Source: Octopus vulgaris (Eukaryota). Taken from it: a stretch of DNA of 64,000 nt. The notes under the pieces are model-generated. The model made no database searches, was not told where the DNA came from, and saw only the letters and a list, made by a program, of their open reading frames with translations. A program made the translations under genes and the position numbers. Numbering within the stretch: the stretch's first letter is position 1; each line of letters starts with the position of its first letter. The stretch is from NCBI GenBank assembly GCA_951406725.2, contig OX597830.1, positions 78,988,001 to 79,052,000 on the forward strand, in the 5' to 3' direction. Shown here in pieces: positions 40,715 to 53,000 of the stretch.

Positions 40715-40802
40715 CATAGCTAGGTAACAAGTGCCATCTAGTTGCTAGCGATGTGACAGGGGATGTAACTATAGATGACTCCCAATGAAACATGACGTCA
40801 CT
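40715..40802. promoter_or_regulatory. Candidate regulatory cluster: X-box-like, CTCF-like (-) and CRE motifs
   Basis: CATAGCTAGGTAAC; GTGCCATCTAGTTG (reverse complement CAACTAGATGGCAC) at 40731-40744; TGACGTCA at 40793-40800. Motif matches only. Confidence 0.3.
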
Positions 40803-40855
40803 GATTCAAATAAGGTTGCCTGCACGTACATGTACATCTATCTATCTCTTTCTCT

Positions 40856-40913
<58 letters not shown>

Positions 40914-41358
40914 AGCGGCGTTTAGTAACAGACCGTGGTAAGCGTCACAACTTAAAAACCGAGAAAAACGCAGTCAAAGTTTCGCGACTTTCAGAATACC
41001 TCAGCAAGGAATGAAGTTAGGAAGCCGGTTTTGGTCTTAAAATGACCGTAAAGACCTCCTCTAATCATTCCACTTATGTAAAATAATTTATTTATGTATG
41101 CATCTGAAAGATGAAACAATGACTGCGTCTTTCTCATTTTGTAGAATATACCGGTACTGCGAAACGATATATCGCATTGCATATTTTAGCCACCATACCT
41201 AGAAAAATCACATAGAGACCCCACCAAGGTATTGTTTGTGTTTTAATATACCAAGGTAAGCATCTTTAAGAGGTAAGATAATAGTCCATTATCGTAACGA
41301 TGGTAACGAGGTGCCCTTCAACAGGGCACCTAGATGATTTACTCAGATGCCACCATTC

Positions 41359-43034
41359 TTATTTGAATATCCCTCTATGTGGCACGAACTCTTCGGGGCG
41401 ACATGTTGTACCAGAACACTGCTTCTGGCGGCGAGAGATGTCCCCTCTCTGCCACGGCCTGTATACTGTTCTGAAAAAGCGGTGCACTTTCCACATGTCA
41501 AGCATCTCCTTCGGCGCCTCCGAACGAAATACTGTGCTGTTGCCCATCAGTAATTCTTCCACGGGGCTCCACTCTAAGAATACCTCGTTTAGAATACGTA
41601 CCATCTCGTCCGCAGTGCCTGCCCTCAATTCCCTCCAAATGGTTATCCGTCCCGTCCCACAATCGACCATCGACGTCCCCTGCCGGTAGTGTGTCACATC
41701 CACTGCGAACCGTCCCCAGTTGTGCTCTACCGAAACTTTTCCCTGCTCATGCATACCCGGAGCAGGGTCGATTGATTGACACTTATCGCAGTTCCCGACC
41801 ACCTTCTGGGTGCTCCGTCTTGTAGCGTCGGCGTCAATCCTCCTGGCGAGATACAGGGTCCTATCCAAGCCCATATGATGCATGGCATGCAGTCTCCTTT
41901 GCTCGAAGTCATTCAACTGACACACCGCGGCTACTCCTTGCTTCGATTCTTCCGGCTCCCCTAACCAGGATTTTTTTGACCCTGGTTAGAGCATCGGCCT
42001 TGTTTCTCTCCGAAGGCTCAAAGACCACATTCAGCTTCAGGCCGAACTCGCCAATCAGCTCCCCTAGAATCCCTAGACGGCGCTTCACTAGCATTTCTGC
42101 AGCCCTTTGGTTCGCACCCTCTTCTCGTCGGTGATCACCGATCCTACCCAGCCAAGCACGGTAGCCGAATTCGTCTTGATTTCGATGGAGCGCACCCCTC
42201 ACTTCAGGGCCAAATTCATTCCCTTCAGTATTGCGTCCAACTCAGTGACATTGATGTGGCTGTAGTCGTCTGCTTTTCGAAGCCAGGCGGCATCCTCCAC
42301 TTCCCCTGACCACGACCTCAACTACGGGCTGTGATTTCATCAACGCCTCGTTCGCGGGGGAAGTCTGAAAGGCAACAACTTCCTCGTGGCCTTTTTGATG
42401 GCTACAATTTCCCAGTCTGTTTGCACGGGTAACAAACCGGTCCGGGCTCCGCGCAGTCCCTCGCCATGTGCAGTCCTTGGCACTTAAAACACCGGCCTGT
42501 GAACGGCCGCCGTCGTTCCACAGCAGGCCTCTTTTCGTCCTTCACCGGCCGTCGCACAAATTCGCGGGCTTCTGCAGCCGCCTTCGCCACTGCTTTCCGC
42601 CAGATGTTTTGTGTTAACACGCGGGCTCGAACGATGAGCTCGCTCATCGCCATTTTGTTGCCGCCTGGCAACTGCTGTAGACGCACCGACACGTCGTCGG
42701 AAAAGCCGTTCACAAAAGCCAGTCGCGCTACTTCCTCAAGTCCTTCACCAGTAAGACCAGACAACATAACCAGCCTCCGTACCTCCGCAGTGTATTCGTC
42801 GACCTGTTCTCCTCTCCATCTAATCGTTCCCAGCTTAGCAAAAGCGGCGTATCCTCCATCTGTGTAAGCCTCTCTCAAGCGCTGCTCGATCTTCGCCGCG
42901 CTCAGCTGTTCTTCTTCATCCATTTCGAGGTACAGTGCCAGTGCATTCCCCTCCAAATACAGGGCCATGTGGATCGCTACATCTTCGATGCTTTGTAGCC
43001 AGGCCACAAATTTGACCTTTCGAATCCAGGCTAC
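41359..43034 (-). mobile_element. Internally deleted relative of the 45820-49901 LTR retrotransposon
   Basis: Gag with CCHC (CFKCQGLHMARDC), RNase H remnant (ERNKADALTR) and integrase (HAMHH..CDKC, AVDVTHY). RT missing; no LTRs seen. Confidence 0.9.
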
Positions 43035-43149
43035 TACTCTATCTATCCATTTATATATATTTATCTATCTATATATCTATCTGTATGCATGTTTGTCGGT
43101 CTGTCTGCCAATCTATCTATCTATTTATCTTCATATTTATCTCTCTCTT

Positions 43150-43451
43150 TCTCTTTTGTTTGTTTCAGTTATTTGACTGTGGCCATGCTGGAGCACCGCC
43201 TTTAGTCGACGTAAACATCGGTTGTCATCGATGTTGAGGGGACAAACACAGACACACAAACATATACACACACATACATATATACGACGGGCTTCTTTCA
43301 GTTTTCCGTCTACCAAATCCACTCACAAGGCTTTGGTCGGCCCGAGGCTATAATAGAAGACACTTGCCCAAGGTGCCACGCAGTGGGACTGAAACCCGGA
43401 ACCATGTGGTTGGTAAGCAAGCTACTTACCACACAGCCACTCCTACGCCTA
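43150..43451 (-). mobile_element. SINE family A with internal deletion
   Basis: Reverse-complement match to the family A head and tail. Confidence 0.85.
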
Positions 43452-44101
43452 TTCAATATCTTGTCAAGCAAATGAAATATTCACTTGCAATCGAATATTA
43501 ATTCTTTATGCGTCCTCATGGCTGTCTCTGTTTATCAACGACAGTTTTACATCGGATCTACTTCATACGAGACGTCATATCGACTGACGAAACCATCTAT
43601 CGGCCTTGGAGCAGCAACAAACACAACTCAGTGGAGAATCATTAAAGGAAACGGACATAAAACTATAATGTAATTAGCGGTATCACTTGAGAAGGTTGTT
43701 GGTTAAGTTGGAGAGAAAGAGTTGTCGGACCAGAAACACGACAAGGACGAGGGGGAAAAAGAGAGGGAGAGGAACAGAGAGAGAAAGAGAGAGAGAGTAT
43801 GTCAAAGAGAGAGAGAGCATGTCAAAGAGAGGGAGGGCCAAAGAGAGAAAGAGAGCAAAAGAGAGAAAGAGAGCAAAAGAGAGACTGATGCATTGATTCG
43901 TGTGCTGCATTTATCCATATATATAGACAATGTGTATGTGTATGATTGTGTGTTTTTGTGCGTGTGCTTGTGTGTGCGTGTGCGTGTGCGTGTGTGTGTG
44001 CGCGTATGTGCGTGTATATATATATATGTATATATATACACACACACATCATATATATGTATGTATAAGTATATATATATATATATATATATAACGTGTA
44101 T

Positions 44102-44164
<63 letters not shown>

Positions 44165-44487
44165 TTTGTGTGTGTATGTATATATACTCTCACGCACGCA
44201 AGCGCGTACGCCATTGCTTGCATTTGATGGAGACAAAAATCTTGTATTAAATACAAATAATAATACAAATAGGAAAAAAAAATCACTTTGAACAAATCAG
44301 ACGACCGCCTTTCTCTGATTTATTCATCAGTAAATCGGGGTTTGTTTTACAAAGATAACATTGAGCAATATAGATATGGATATCAATAAAGACGCATATA
44401 GATATGGATGAATGGTTTCATGCGTGGATGGATAGATGGATTCAATAATTTTTTATTGAATTTCCAGCAAAGCGAAGCTGCAAGCTG

Positions 44488-44900
44488 GGATCTTTTCCGG
44501 AGAAGTTGTATTCACCTCAATAGACGTCATTGATTGGTTGAAATTGCAGAAATGGAAGAAAAAATCAACAAATATCTTACAAACTATAGAATTTTCTCAA
44601 TAAAGCCAAGAGAAAAGGATGTTTTATAAACACATTCTACCAGTATACGAAGTTTAAAAGCGTTTAGTTACAAAGAAATTATTTTTAAAATCTGCCGGTC
44701 AAAGCGAAAAGATCCCTTTTCTGTTTGGTTCACACTTTTTGATTCTTTCAATTTTGTTCCAATTGATTTCAAATTTGATGTATCAATGTAGTTTCGTATG
44801 ATTATAATGGAAACGAAATTAATTTTTGCCATGAATTAATAAATAAAAAGTTAATAGCTTTTAAAGTTTGCAAATTTTAAGTAATTTTAGCCAATCGAAA
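44488..44900. mobile_element. Two abutting GGATC-ended MITE fragments
   Basis: 44488-44715 is a deleted version of 51474-51917. 44716-44900 is the reverse complement of a relative of 15143-15329, which also ends in GAAAAGATCC. Confidence 0.65.
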
Positions 44901-45429
44901 ACCAGAGACATAGTGGTTCCTGTTTCCGTAGTAAGAAGCCAAGGTGTAGTCGGCTTTGATTAATATTTAGCTACCTGAGGTTGGGTGTTACCCGAGCAGT
45001 GGGTTTACAGAGCAGTGTGTTGCGAGACCAGATGTGTGTAGTGACGCTATTTTGGAAGTTTACAAGGATTGAAGGTCTCTGGAACACATGAGGGTTGCCG
45101 GTCTTATCCTGTTGCATTCAATTATGTCGAAAGAAAAACCAAAACTTCGACTGTCTTCAACAGCAATAAATAATATTTTATTTTTGTCTGGATTCGCAAA
45201 TAAAAATATATACACACATATTTTCTTCAGGGCGAACAGGTAGCCAAGGCCATGAAACTACTCGCAATAGTTAACTTGAATGAGCCAAAATGCTGTCTCC
45301 GTTCCCGCGTAGAAGGGGGCTTCTCTACGTGTTGGTTTTCTTGAGAGAACCTTGACTCCAGTCGATTCGGCTGCAGCTTCGTAAAGACCGATCTAGCGGG
45401 AAATCTTTCTATTAGTAGTTCTCTATTAG

Positions 45430-45578
45430 TAGTTACTCATTTTTGCCAGCTGAGTGGACTGGAGCAACGTGAAATGAAGTGTTTTGCTCAAGAACACAAC
45501 GCGTCCCCGGTCCAGGAATCGAAACCACAATCTTACGATCATGGTGCTGACACCCTAACCACTAAGTCACGCGCCTCC
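45430..45578 (-). mobile_element. tRNA-derived SINE 5' part
   Basis: Minus strand GGAGGCGCGTGACTTAGTGGTTAGGG..GGTTTCGATTCC. Confidence 0.7.
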
Positions 45579-46438
45579 ATATTGTTTACATAAACTAAAC
45601 TGCAATTTGCTTTTTCGTTTTTTTTTTTGTTTTGTTTTGAATTTGTAATTTAACGTTCAAATTGTTTTTTCGTAATTTAACGTTGTTTTGCTGTGTTTTT
45701 GTGTGTGTGTGTGTGTGTGTGGATTTTCATTGAGGATTTTGCCTTTTTATATTGTTTACAGGTGGAGGCGCAATGGCTCAGTGGTTAGAGCAGCGGACTC
45801 GCGATCGTAGGATCGCTGCTGTGATTTGGCAGCGTGGTGTGTGCGAGATATTCGAATATAAAGGCACCTACCTTCTCTTCTCTCTGGTGGAGAGCCTTCA
45901 GTGGTAACGGATCCTTCGACACAGCCCGACCCGAACGCGAGAGATAACAGCTGCTTCACCCAACCTTAGCAACGTCTTCACCCGTCTTAACACCCTGACG
46001 ACCCTGGTTCGAAAAAGGCCGAAATCCCCGCTCGCTGCGCGCGCGTCCCCGGCTGCCCCCTTCCGGTCAGCCCCAACTTCCGGTCAGCTCGCCCAGCTGC
46101 TGACGTCATCCCACACGCCATCCTGATCTTAAAGATCACAATCTCTCTGCTCCATGTCGTAGTCCACCATCCAACCGGGAGGGCGCCTTGCGCGTCGAGA
46201 TCTTCTCAAGCTGGGCACCTCGTTCTCCCCCTCTCCAGAATCGTCGTCCGTCGAAGCGACAATCCTGCGAAGGTCCAAGATGTTGTTTCTGGAATTGACC
46301 GCCCTCACCGTTCCTCTGCTCCATTGAGACGTACAGCGAGCCTTTGGTGGCTTGACCCAGACTTCCTCCCCTATTTTCACGCAAACGGGTCCCTTCTCTT
46401 CCTCGTGGCCCTCCGGCGCTTTTCTCGGGTGCCTCCAT

Positions 46439-48367
46439 TCATATTTCCTTAGCTTGTCCGGATCGGGGAGACAAGTTGTACAAAAAAACTGCTTCAAGCG
46501 GCGAAATGTGCCCTCTTTCCGCTATGGCCTTGACTGTCCGATGGTGCCTCTCCACGATCCCGTTACCGCTCGGCCTATACGCTGCTCTGAACCAGCGACG
46601 CACCCTCCACCGGTCGAGCATAACCCTCAATGCTTCCGAACGAAACGCCGCCTCGTTGTCCATCAGTAGTTCTTCCGCGGGATCTCTCTCTAAAAATATC
46701 CCGTTCAGGATCTGCGCGATCTCGTCAGCAATGCCCGTTCTCAACTCCCTCCAGATGGCCAGCCGGCCTGGCCCGCAGTCGACCATGGGGAGGTACATTC
46801 CCTGACGGTAGTGTGTCACATCCACGGCTAGCCTTTTCCAGTTCTGCTCCACCGAATGGCTTCCCTGTTCATGCCCACACGGAGCAGGGTCGATGGACGG
46901 ACACCTGTCGCAGCTCCCGACCACCTTCCGGATGCTTCGCCTAGTGACGTCAGCATCAATTTTCTTCGCCAGATACAGGGTCCTGTCCACACCCAGGTGA
47001 TGCATAGCATGCAGTCTCTTCAGTTCAGAGTCATCCAACCGACACGCCGCAGCTATCCCTTTCCGGGCCTCCTCCGGTTCTTCCAGCCACGCTCTTTTCA
47101 CCCTGGTCAGTGCGTCCGCCTTGTTTTTCTCCGAAGGCACGAAAACCACATTCAGCTTCAGTCCGAACTCGGCGATCAATTCACCTAGAACTCCTAGACG
47201 GCACTTCACTAACATCTCCGCGGTACCTTTCGTCCGCACTCTCCTTTCAGCGGTGATCACCGATCCTACCCAGCCAAGCACAGTGGCCGAATCCGTCCGG
47301 ATTTCAATTGTGCGCAGCCCCCATTTCAGGGCCAAGTTCACCCCTTTCAGCACCGCGTCTAATTCGGCGACATTGATGTGGTTGAAATCATCTGCTTTCC
47401 GAAGCCAGGCCGCGTCCTCCACCGCAGCACCTTCGATTGCCAACACAACCCCTATCGCTATACTGCTAGCATCACACCAGACGGTCCCGCATTCCGTCTT
47501 GGGCACGTACCAGTTCCCCCTGACCGGGTCTTCCGCTCTCGTCCTCTCTAGGATTTCCTGCATCATCGCCACCGTCCCTTCTCCCAACTTGTCGCCCCAA
47601 CTCTCCCCCTCTGCTCGTCTCTTGGTGTAACTACACGCCGTGCACAGCCATCCAGCGATCGGGTAGTGACCGACCAACTTCCCACACACTGAGAACTGCT
47701 CTCTCCTGCTGACGCTGGAACTCAGCTCTGGGATTTCATTCCCTCTCCGGAACACCAATTCACCCGATCTATCTCTTCGCAGCTTCAGCCCCAGCGCGGC
47801 TCCCCCTTCCATCGACTCCGGTGGCTTCGCAATCAGTCCGAACTTCTCCAGATGTCTAACTACCTCGCTGGCTGGCACTACAGTTTCGTCCACCAAAATG
47901 TCGTCAATGTAGGAGCTGGTGGCCTTTCTAATCTTGCCGTCTTTCCCTAGGACGGACTTAAGCACTGCCGCCATGATCTTCGGAGCGGAATTCAGCCCGA
48001 AACCCAGCCTGGTTAAACAGTACGTCCGGCCTTTGTACCGCACCAGCTGATATCGCCACAGTCTGTCGCTCACATGGAGCTGCAAGTATGCCGATTTCAA
48101 GTCGACAATCGTCGCTGCCTCGGTCGACTGTCTCCACGCACGTAACTTCTCGCCACAAACGTCTGTCGCCTCACCTCCCGTGTGACACGATATATGCTGG
48201 TTTAGCTCCCTGAAGTCCAGCACCGGTCTGACTTTTTCCTTTGTAGGCTGCACCACTGCTTCCTCCTCCTTCCAAGGGACAAGGACCCCTTCCTCGATCC
48301 ACCTCTCCACCTCGTCTTCAAACTCAACCCTGGCGTGGCCTTTCAGGGTATGCTGGTAACAGCTCAC
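46439..48367 (-). pseudogene. pol: RT, RNase H and integrase (frameshifted at both ends)
   Basis: RPVLDFRELN, IVDLKSAY, LGFGLNSAP, YIDD; WCDAS, HINVAEL, TDS, NKADALTR; HHCC zinc finger and AVD..LMD(35)E. The C-terminus continues in ORF 46129-46497. Confidence 0.92.
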
Positions 48368-48479
48368 CCTGTTTTCCAGCGTCAGGGGCTCGTCCTTCCA
48401 TCGCCACTCTATCGTCCACCGCTGACCATCGAACGCCTCCTGAAAGTCTTTGTCTTCGATGGTGTAAGCGGCGCAGTCC

Positions 48480-48860
48480 CTCGCGGGGCTCTGCTCTCTG
48501 GCGATCCTGACTCGCAGTGCACGACACCCTCACGCTTCCGAACGTGACCTCATTTCCCACAACACCGACGCCACCAAGGCAGTTGATGGCGTCCATCCCC
48601 ATCACCACATCAACCCCATCTATCACGCGTTCAGCCACAATTTCCTGCAGCCTTAGCGTCGCGCCGCGCACCACTATCTCTACCTTGCTGCTGCCTCTGC
48701 AACGGATTTCGCTGCCGTCGACCGCCCGGATGCTACTTGCCCCGTTCCATTCCTTCGTCACCCTTGAAGTCACAAGGGTGGTCGTACAGCTCGTATCCAC
48801 GAGTGCCTTGAACGTCTTCCCCTCGGCCTCCACGTCAATTAATGGCAGCGTCTCCAATAG
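48480..48860 (-). pseudogene. Retropepsin-like aspartic protease region
   Basis: ALVDTSC (D-T-G-like active site, here S) and DVVMGMDAI within ORF 48324-48929. Confidence 0.85.
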
Positions 48861-49016
48861 CGCCTCTACTCGTTTGCGGGGAAAGTTCGAGAGGCGGCAA
48901 CTTCCGCGCGGTCGTTTCCCTGGTCGCAATCACGTGCGATGTGCCCTGTCTTCCTGCATCGATAGCAAACGGGCCCCGGTTGCGTACAGTCCCGCGCCAT
49001 GCGCGACCCCTGGCAT

Positions 49017-49613
49017 CTAAAAACACCGACCTGAGAACGGCCGCTTCTGTACGTCTTTCTCCGGTCGTCGTCCGTCTTTACGCACCTCCGTCACCGCCAT
49101 CGCTATCGCCTTCCGCCCAGAGTGTCGCGTCAACACGCGGGCTTGAGTCACAAGTTCGCTCAACGCCATCTTTTTAATCCCGGGCAATCGTTGTAGGTGA
49201 ATCCCTACATCGTCGGGGAACCCATTTACAAACGCCAGCCGCGCCGCTCTCTCCAGCCATTCTCCCGTAAACCCAGCCAGCGTCGCTAACCTTCTAACTT
49301 CTGCCGCGTACTCGTCCACTTGTCCTCCTGTCCATCGAATCGTACCCAGCTTAGCAAAAGCTGTGTATTCACATTCTGTGTAGGCATCCCGCAATCGTTG
49401 CTCTATCTTGGCCTCGCTCAGGCGTTCCTCCTCCTCCATCTCAAGGTATAGCGTTAACGCGCTCCCTTCTAAATACAGCGCCATAAGACTTGCCACATCG
49501 CTTATACCTTGCAGTCTTGCCACCAGCCTGATTTTACGAATCCAGGCCACTACATCGCCTTCACCATTGAAGGGTCTGATGATGTCGCTGGCGATCCTGA
49601 TTTTTGCAGACAT
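49017..49613 (-). pseudogene. gag (frameshifted within the zinc knuckles)
   Basis: PFNGEGDVVAW, LYLEGSAL, FVNGFP; ends GRCF with the knuckle continuing in another frame. Confidence 0.88.
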
Positions 49614-49969
49614 CGTGGTGACGACTTATGTGGAGTGCCGAAATAGTTTGTGGTGTGTGCGAGATATTCGAATATAAAGGCACCTACCTTCTCTTCTCTC
49701 TGATGGAGACCCTTCAGTGGAAACGGATCCTTCGATACAGTTCGACCCGAACGCTAGAGATAGCAGCTGCTTCACCCAACCTTAGCAACGTCTTCATCCG
49801 TCTTAACACCTCGACGACCCTGGTTCGACGTCCCTGGCTGCCCCCTTCCGGTCAGGCCCCAACTTCCGGTCAGCTCGCCCAGCTGCTGGCGTCATCCCAC
49901 AGCAGTTACTAAGAAAACTAAGGGTAAATGACCGGCTTGGTAGGATCATACAAGCTATACACGAAGGAG

Positions 49970-50134
49970 CAGTAGCGTAGCGAGAAGTGGGCGATAAGGC
50001 GATCTTCTCCAGGCGACGCTTTTATAGGGGTGGTATTTTGGGGTCTGCTGATTTGCTGTATAAACCTGTATAGGGAGCAGGGGCGGAAATCCCAAGGGCT
50101 GTCCTGAGCGGCACACGCTCTAGCTACGCCACTG
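49970..50134. mobile_element. hAT-like MITE
   Basis: TIRs CAGTAGCGTAGC / GCTACGCCACTG; TSD not clean. Confidence 0.65.
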
Positions 50135-50184
50135 CAGGAAGGGCAGTCGGGAAGGTAAGAATCAGTTACGTTCAGAGATGAATT

Positions 50185-50470
50185 TAGATTGCAGGTACTC
50201 GCTCTTCAGCCTCCTCTCGTTTCAAGCCACTACAGAAGAATTTAAGACCGGTTACTCTTGAATACCGACGACTTAGATAGCAGAATCTGTAAAGAATTAA
50301 AGCAGAAATGCCAGATATTGAAACAAAACTTGGAATTGAAGGGCCTTATTATGAACTTAGCGAACACAAAAATTTTAGTGAGTAGGAAGGAAAAAAGGGC
50401 CCTTATAGCATCGGAGAATTGGCCGTGTGCCATTTTGTAGTAAAGGAGCCGATAGAAATTCTATTGGCGT
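50185..50470 (+). mobile_element. LINE RT fragment (RTE-like)
   Basis: EEFKTG..DDL..LELKGLIMNLANTKILVS..WPC resembles YADDL..LE.KGL.VN..KTK. Confidence 0.65.
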
Positions 50471-50521
50471 AGGTATGATGAGAGAACTGAAGAAAAAAAA
50501 AATGGTTTAATGAAAGATGTC

Positions 50522-51176
50522 GGTACTACTTGAGAACAGTGGTCCCGGTGCGCGCACTCGCGTAGTAGCGTATCCGCGCTAGCTAGTCGTGACTAGTCGA
50601 CCCTACGACTACCTAGCTAAGTAAATAAAACTCAAAATAAATAATTTTTTACACAAAGTAAATAATTTTTTAAACAAAGTTTTAGGCGCAGGAGTGGCTG
50701 TGTGGTAAGTAGCTTGCTAACCAACCACATGGTTCCGGGTTCAGTCCCACTGCGTGGCATCTTGGGCAAGTGTCTTCTGCTATAGCCCCGGGCCGACCAA
50801 TGCCTTGTGAGTGGATTTAGTAGACGGAAACTGAAAGAAGCCTGTCGTATATATGTATATATATGTGTTTGTGCCCCTAGCATTGCTTGACAACCGATGC
50901 TGGTGTGTTTACGTCATTTAGCGGTTCGGCAAAAGAGACCGATAGAATAAGTACTGGGCTTACAAAGAATAAGTCCCGAGGTCGATTTGCTCGACTAAAG
51001 GCGGTGCTCCAGCATGGCCGCAGTCAAATGACTGAAACAAGTAAAAGAGTAAAAGAGTAAAGAGTAAAGTAAATAACACAAAAACACAAAGTAAGGATCG
51101 ACTAGTCATGACTAGCTAGTGCGGATGCGTGAGTACGCGAATGCGCGCACCGGGACCACTGTTCTCAAGTAGTACC
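50522..51176. mobile_element. Merlin-like MITE containing a nested family A SINE (50684-51068)
   Basis: Long TIRs GGTACTACTTGAGAACAGTGGTCCCGGTGCGCGCA; GG termini; 8-bp TSD AAGATGTC/AAGACGTC. Confidence 0.85.
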
Positions 51177-51473
51177 AAGACGTCTTTCGTTCGTCCTGAT
51201 GTAATTCTTTTGGTCCCTGTTTCAGTTCTTATTGCTGCCACGTAGCTGGGGCCTCACTGAACCCGTTGCTAAACGGCATGAAACACTGAAATAACATAAT
51301 CTGTGGTGTTTGAGACGCTGTTAGGAACAGAACTTCTGACAAATTACATCAGAACAGCATTTAAAAAAATATCCAGGTGAATGTTTGAAAAAACTTTAAA
51401 TAGGTGAAAGAAATTTAGTGCCCCAGCATGGCCGCAGCTCATGAGCTGAAACTAGAATCAATCAATCAATATA

Positions 51474-51917
51474 GGATCTTTTCGGTTTGACCGGCAGTTT
51501 TTTCTAGCGGTGTCATATGAAATTGTCACCCATAATTATGACCCTAGTATCGATCTATTGCATGTCAATCTATTTTAGGGTTAGGGTTAGAGTTAGGGCT
51601 AGTTAGGGTTAGGGGTGGGGGAAAGGGTATCTTTTTTTTCTTCAGAAATGTAAATAAACCCAGTCTGTTTCTTAAACGAGGGACATATTCATACGGCACA
51701 GAATGTTTTCACCTTCAATAGACGTCATTGATTGGTTGAAATTGCAGAAATTGAAGAAAAAAAACAACAAATATCTTACAAACTATAGAATTTTCTCTAT
51801 AAAGCCAAGAGAAAAATATGTTTCATAAAAACACATTCTACCAGTATACGAAGTTTAAAAGTGTTTAGTTACGTAGAAATTACTTTTAAAAAACTGCCGG
51901 TCAAACCGGAAAGATCC
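51474..51917. mobile_element. MITE with 30-bp GGATC TIRs and internal TTAGGG repeats
   Basis: GGATCTTTTCGGTTTGACCGGCAGTTTTTT / AAAAAACTGCCGGTCAAACCGGAAAGATCC; TTAGGG-like units at 51575-51615. Confidence 0.8.
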
Positions 51918-52410
51918 AAGAAATTTAACAATATCCATAAATTGTTTTCTTTTACACTGAAATATTTTAATTCTAAATTTTTTAATGTAATTGTCTCAAG
52001 TTCTGCCTGGTTTTGTCTTCGAATAAGACAAGAGAAGTCGGTGTTGTCTCCCTTGGATTTTGGTATTTTCGTCGCCTAATTTCCTGTCGTCTTTGTACGG
52101 TGAAGAATCTAATTAATTCCTTTCGGTGTCTTTTCAAAACAAATGTGACGGCAAAAACCACCACCGAAAACAACAAGTGTGCCCATAAGCATACACACAC
52201 ACATATTCTTAAATACATATTCACACACACACATATGGTGATGATGAACACAAAATTAAATTAATAAGTGCGTGAATTTTTTTATTTTTTTAATTGGTAA
52301 CTTGACATAATACTGTACATAGTTGTCCTCAGATTTCAGAATATGTCGTAAAGACACAAGTAATGCCGTTTAGTATATTTTCTGATATCAGTATTCGAAA
52401 TATGATCTGT

Positions 52411-52418
52411 TGACGTCA
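52411..52418. promoter_or_regulatory. CRE palindrome just upstream of the NCBP2AS2-like start codon
   Basis: TGACGTCA ends 56 nt before the ATG at 52474. Confidence 0.3.
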
Positions 52419-52473
52419 AACGATATTACTCATTTGATCAGTAGTTACCCAAACTTCAGGAGCAGCTAGACAA

Positions 52474-52496
52474 ATGGTGTTGAGAATAATACTGCG
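52474..52496 (+). CDS. NCBP2AS2: NCBP2AS2-like microprotein, coding exon 1 (MVLRIIL + CG)
   Basis: CAAATGG start context; donor GTAAGT; resembles the human N-terminus MVLRRLL (recalled). Confidence 0.85.
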
Positions 52497-52963
52497 GTAA
52501 GTATTGTTTTAATTGCATCATTATTAACTGGTTTTGTCATTACTACTTATAACTTGGTTTCAAATCACCTTTAAGGTAGATTTTTTAGCTTTCATCCCCA
52601 CGAGGAAGGAGGATTATTTAAAGTGTTATTCAAGCCCTGGGATCGATTTCATAAAACTTATAACCTTTAATAATAATAATAAAAAATACCTGGCCTCGTT
52701 CGTTCTGTCAGAGATGTGTTCCCCTTGTAAATCTGAATGCATATAAATATAAAAATATATATATCTATAGTTTTGTATATATATATAATGTTTGAAAACA
52801 CCACTAGAATGAGAGAAAGCGCTAATATATGATATATGATCTAAGTTATATGATGTATAAAAACATGTAATATACAAATAAATATCTGTAAATATAAAAC
52901 CATCCGAATTTCTGAGTACCTCATTTCTTCTAATATAAAATACCTGTACACCATCTCCAAACC

Positions 52964-53000
<37 letters not shown>

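Larger units (their letters stand above)
45820..49901 (-). mobile_element. Near-complete compact LTR retrotransposon (Gypsy domain order), frameshifted
   Basis: LTRs ~45820-46115 and 49629-49901 (TG..CA); gag-PR-RT-RH-INT between them; imperfect purine-rich tract AAGATCAGGATGGCG before the 3' LTR. Confidence 0.95.

Noticed and set aside
40910-41268. Possible Kolobok-like MITE ending CTTTAA
   Set aside because: No matching left terminus found; too weak to call.
46466-49677. Plus-strand ORFs over the retrotransposon
   Set aside because: Antisense shadows of the GC-rich gag-pol frame.
51982-52264. Head-to-head partner gene (such as NCBP2) upstream of the microprotein gene
   Set aside because: The ORFs show no RRM or other recognisable sequence, and no exon chain was found on the minus strand.
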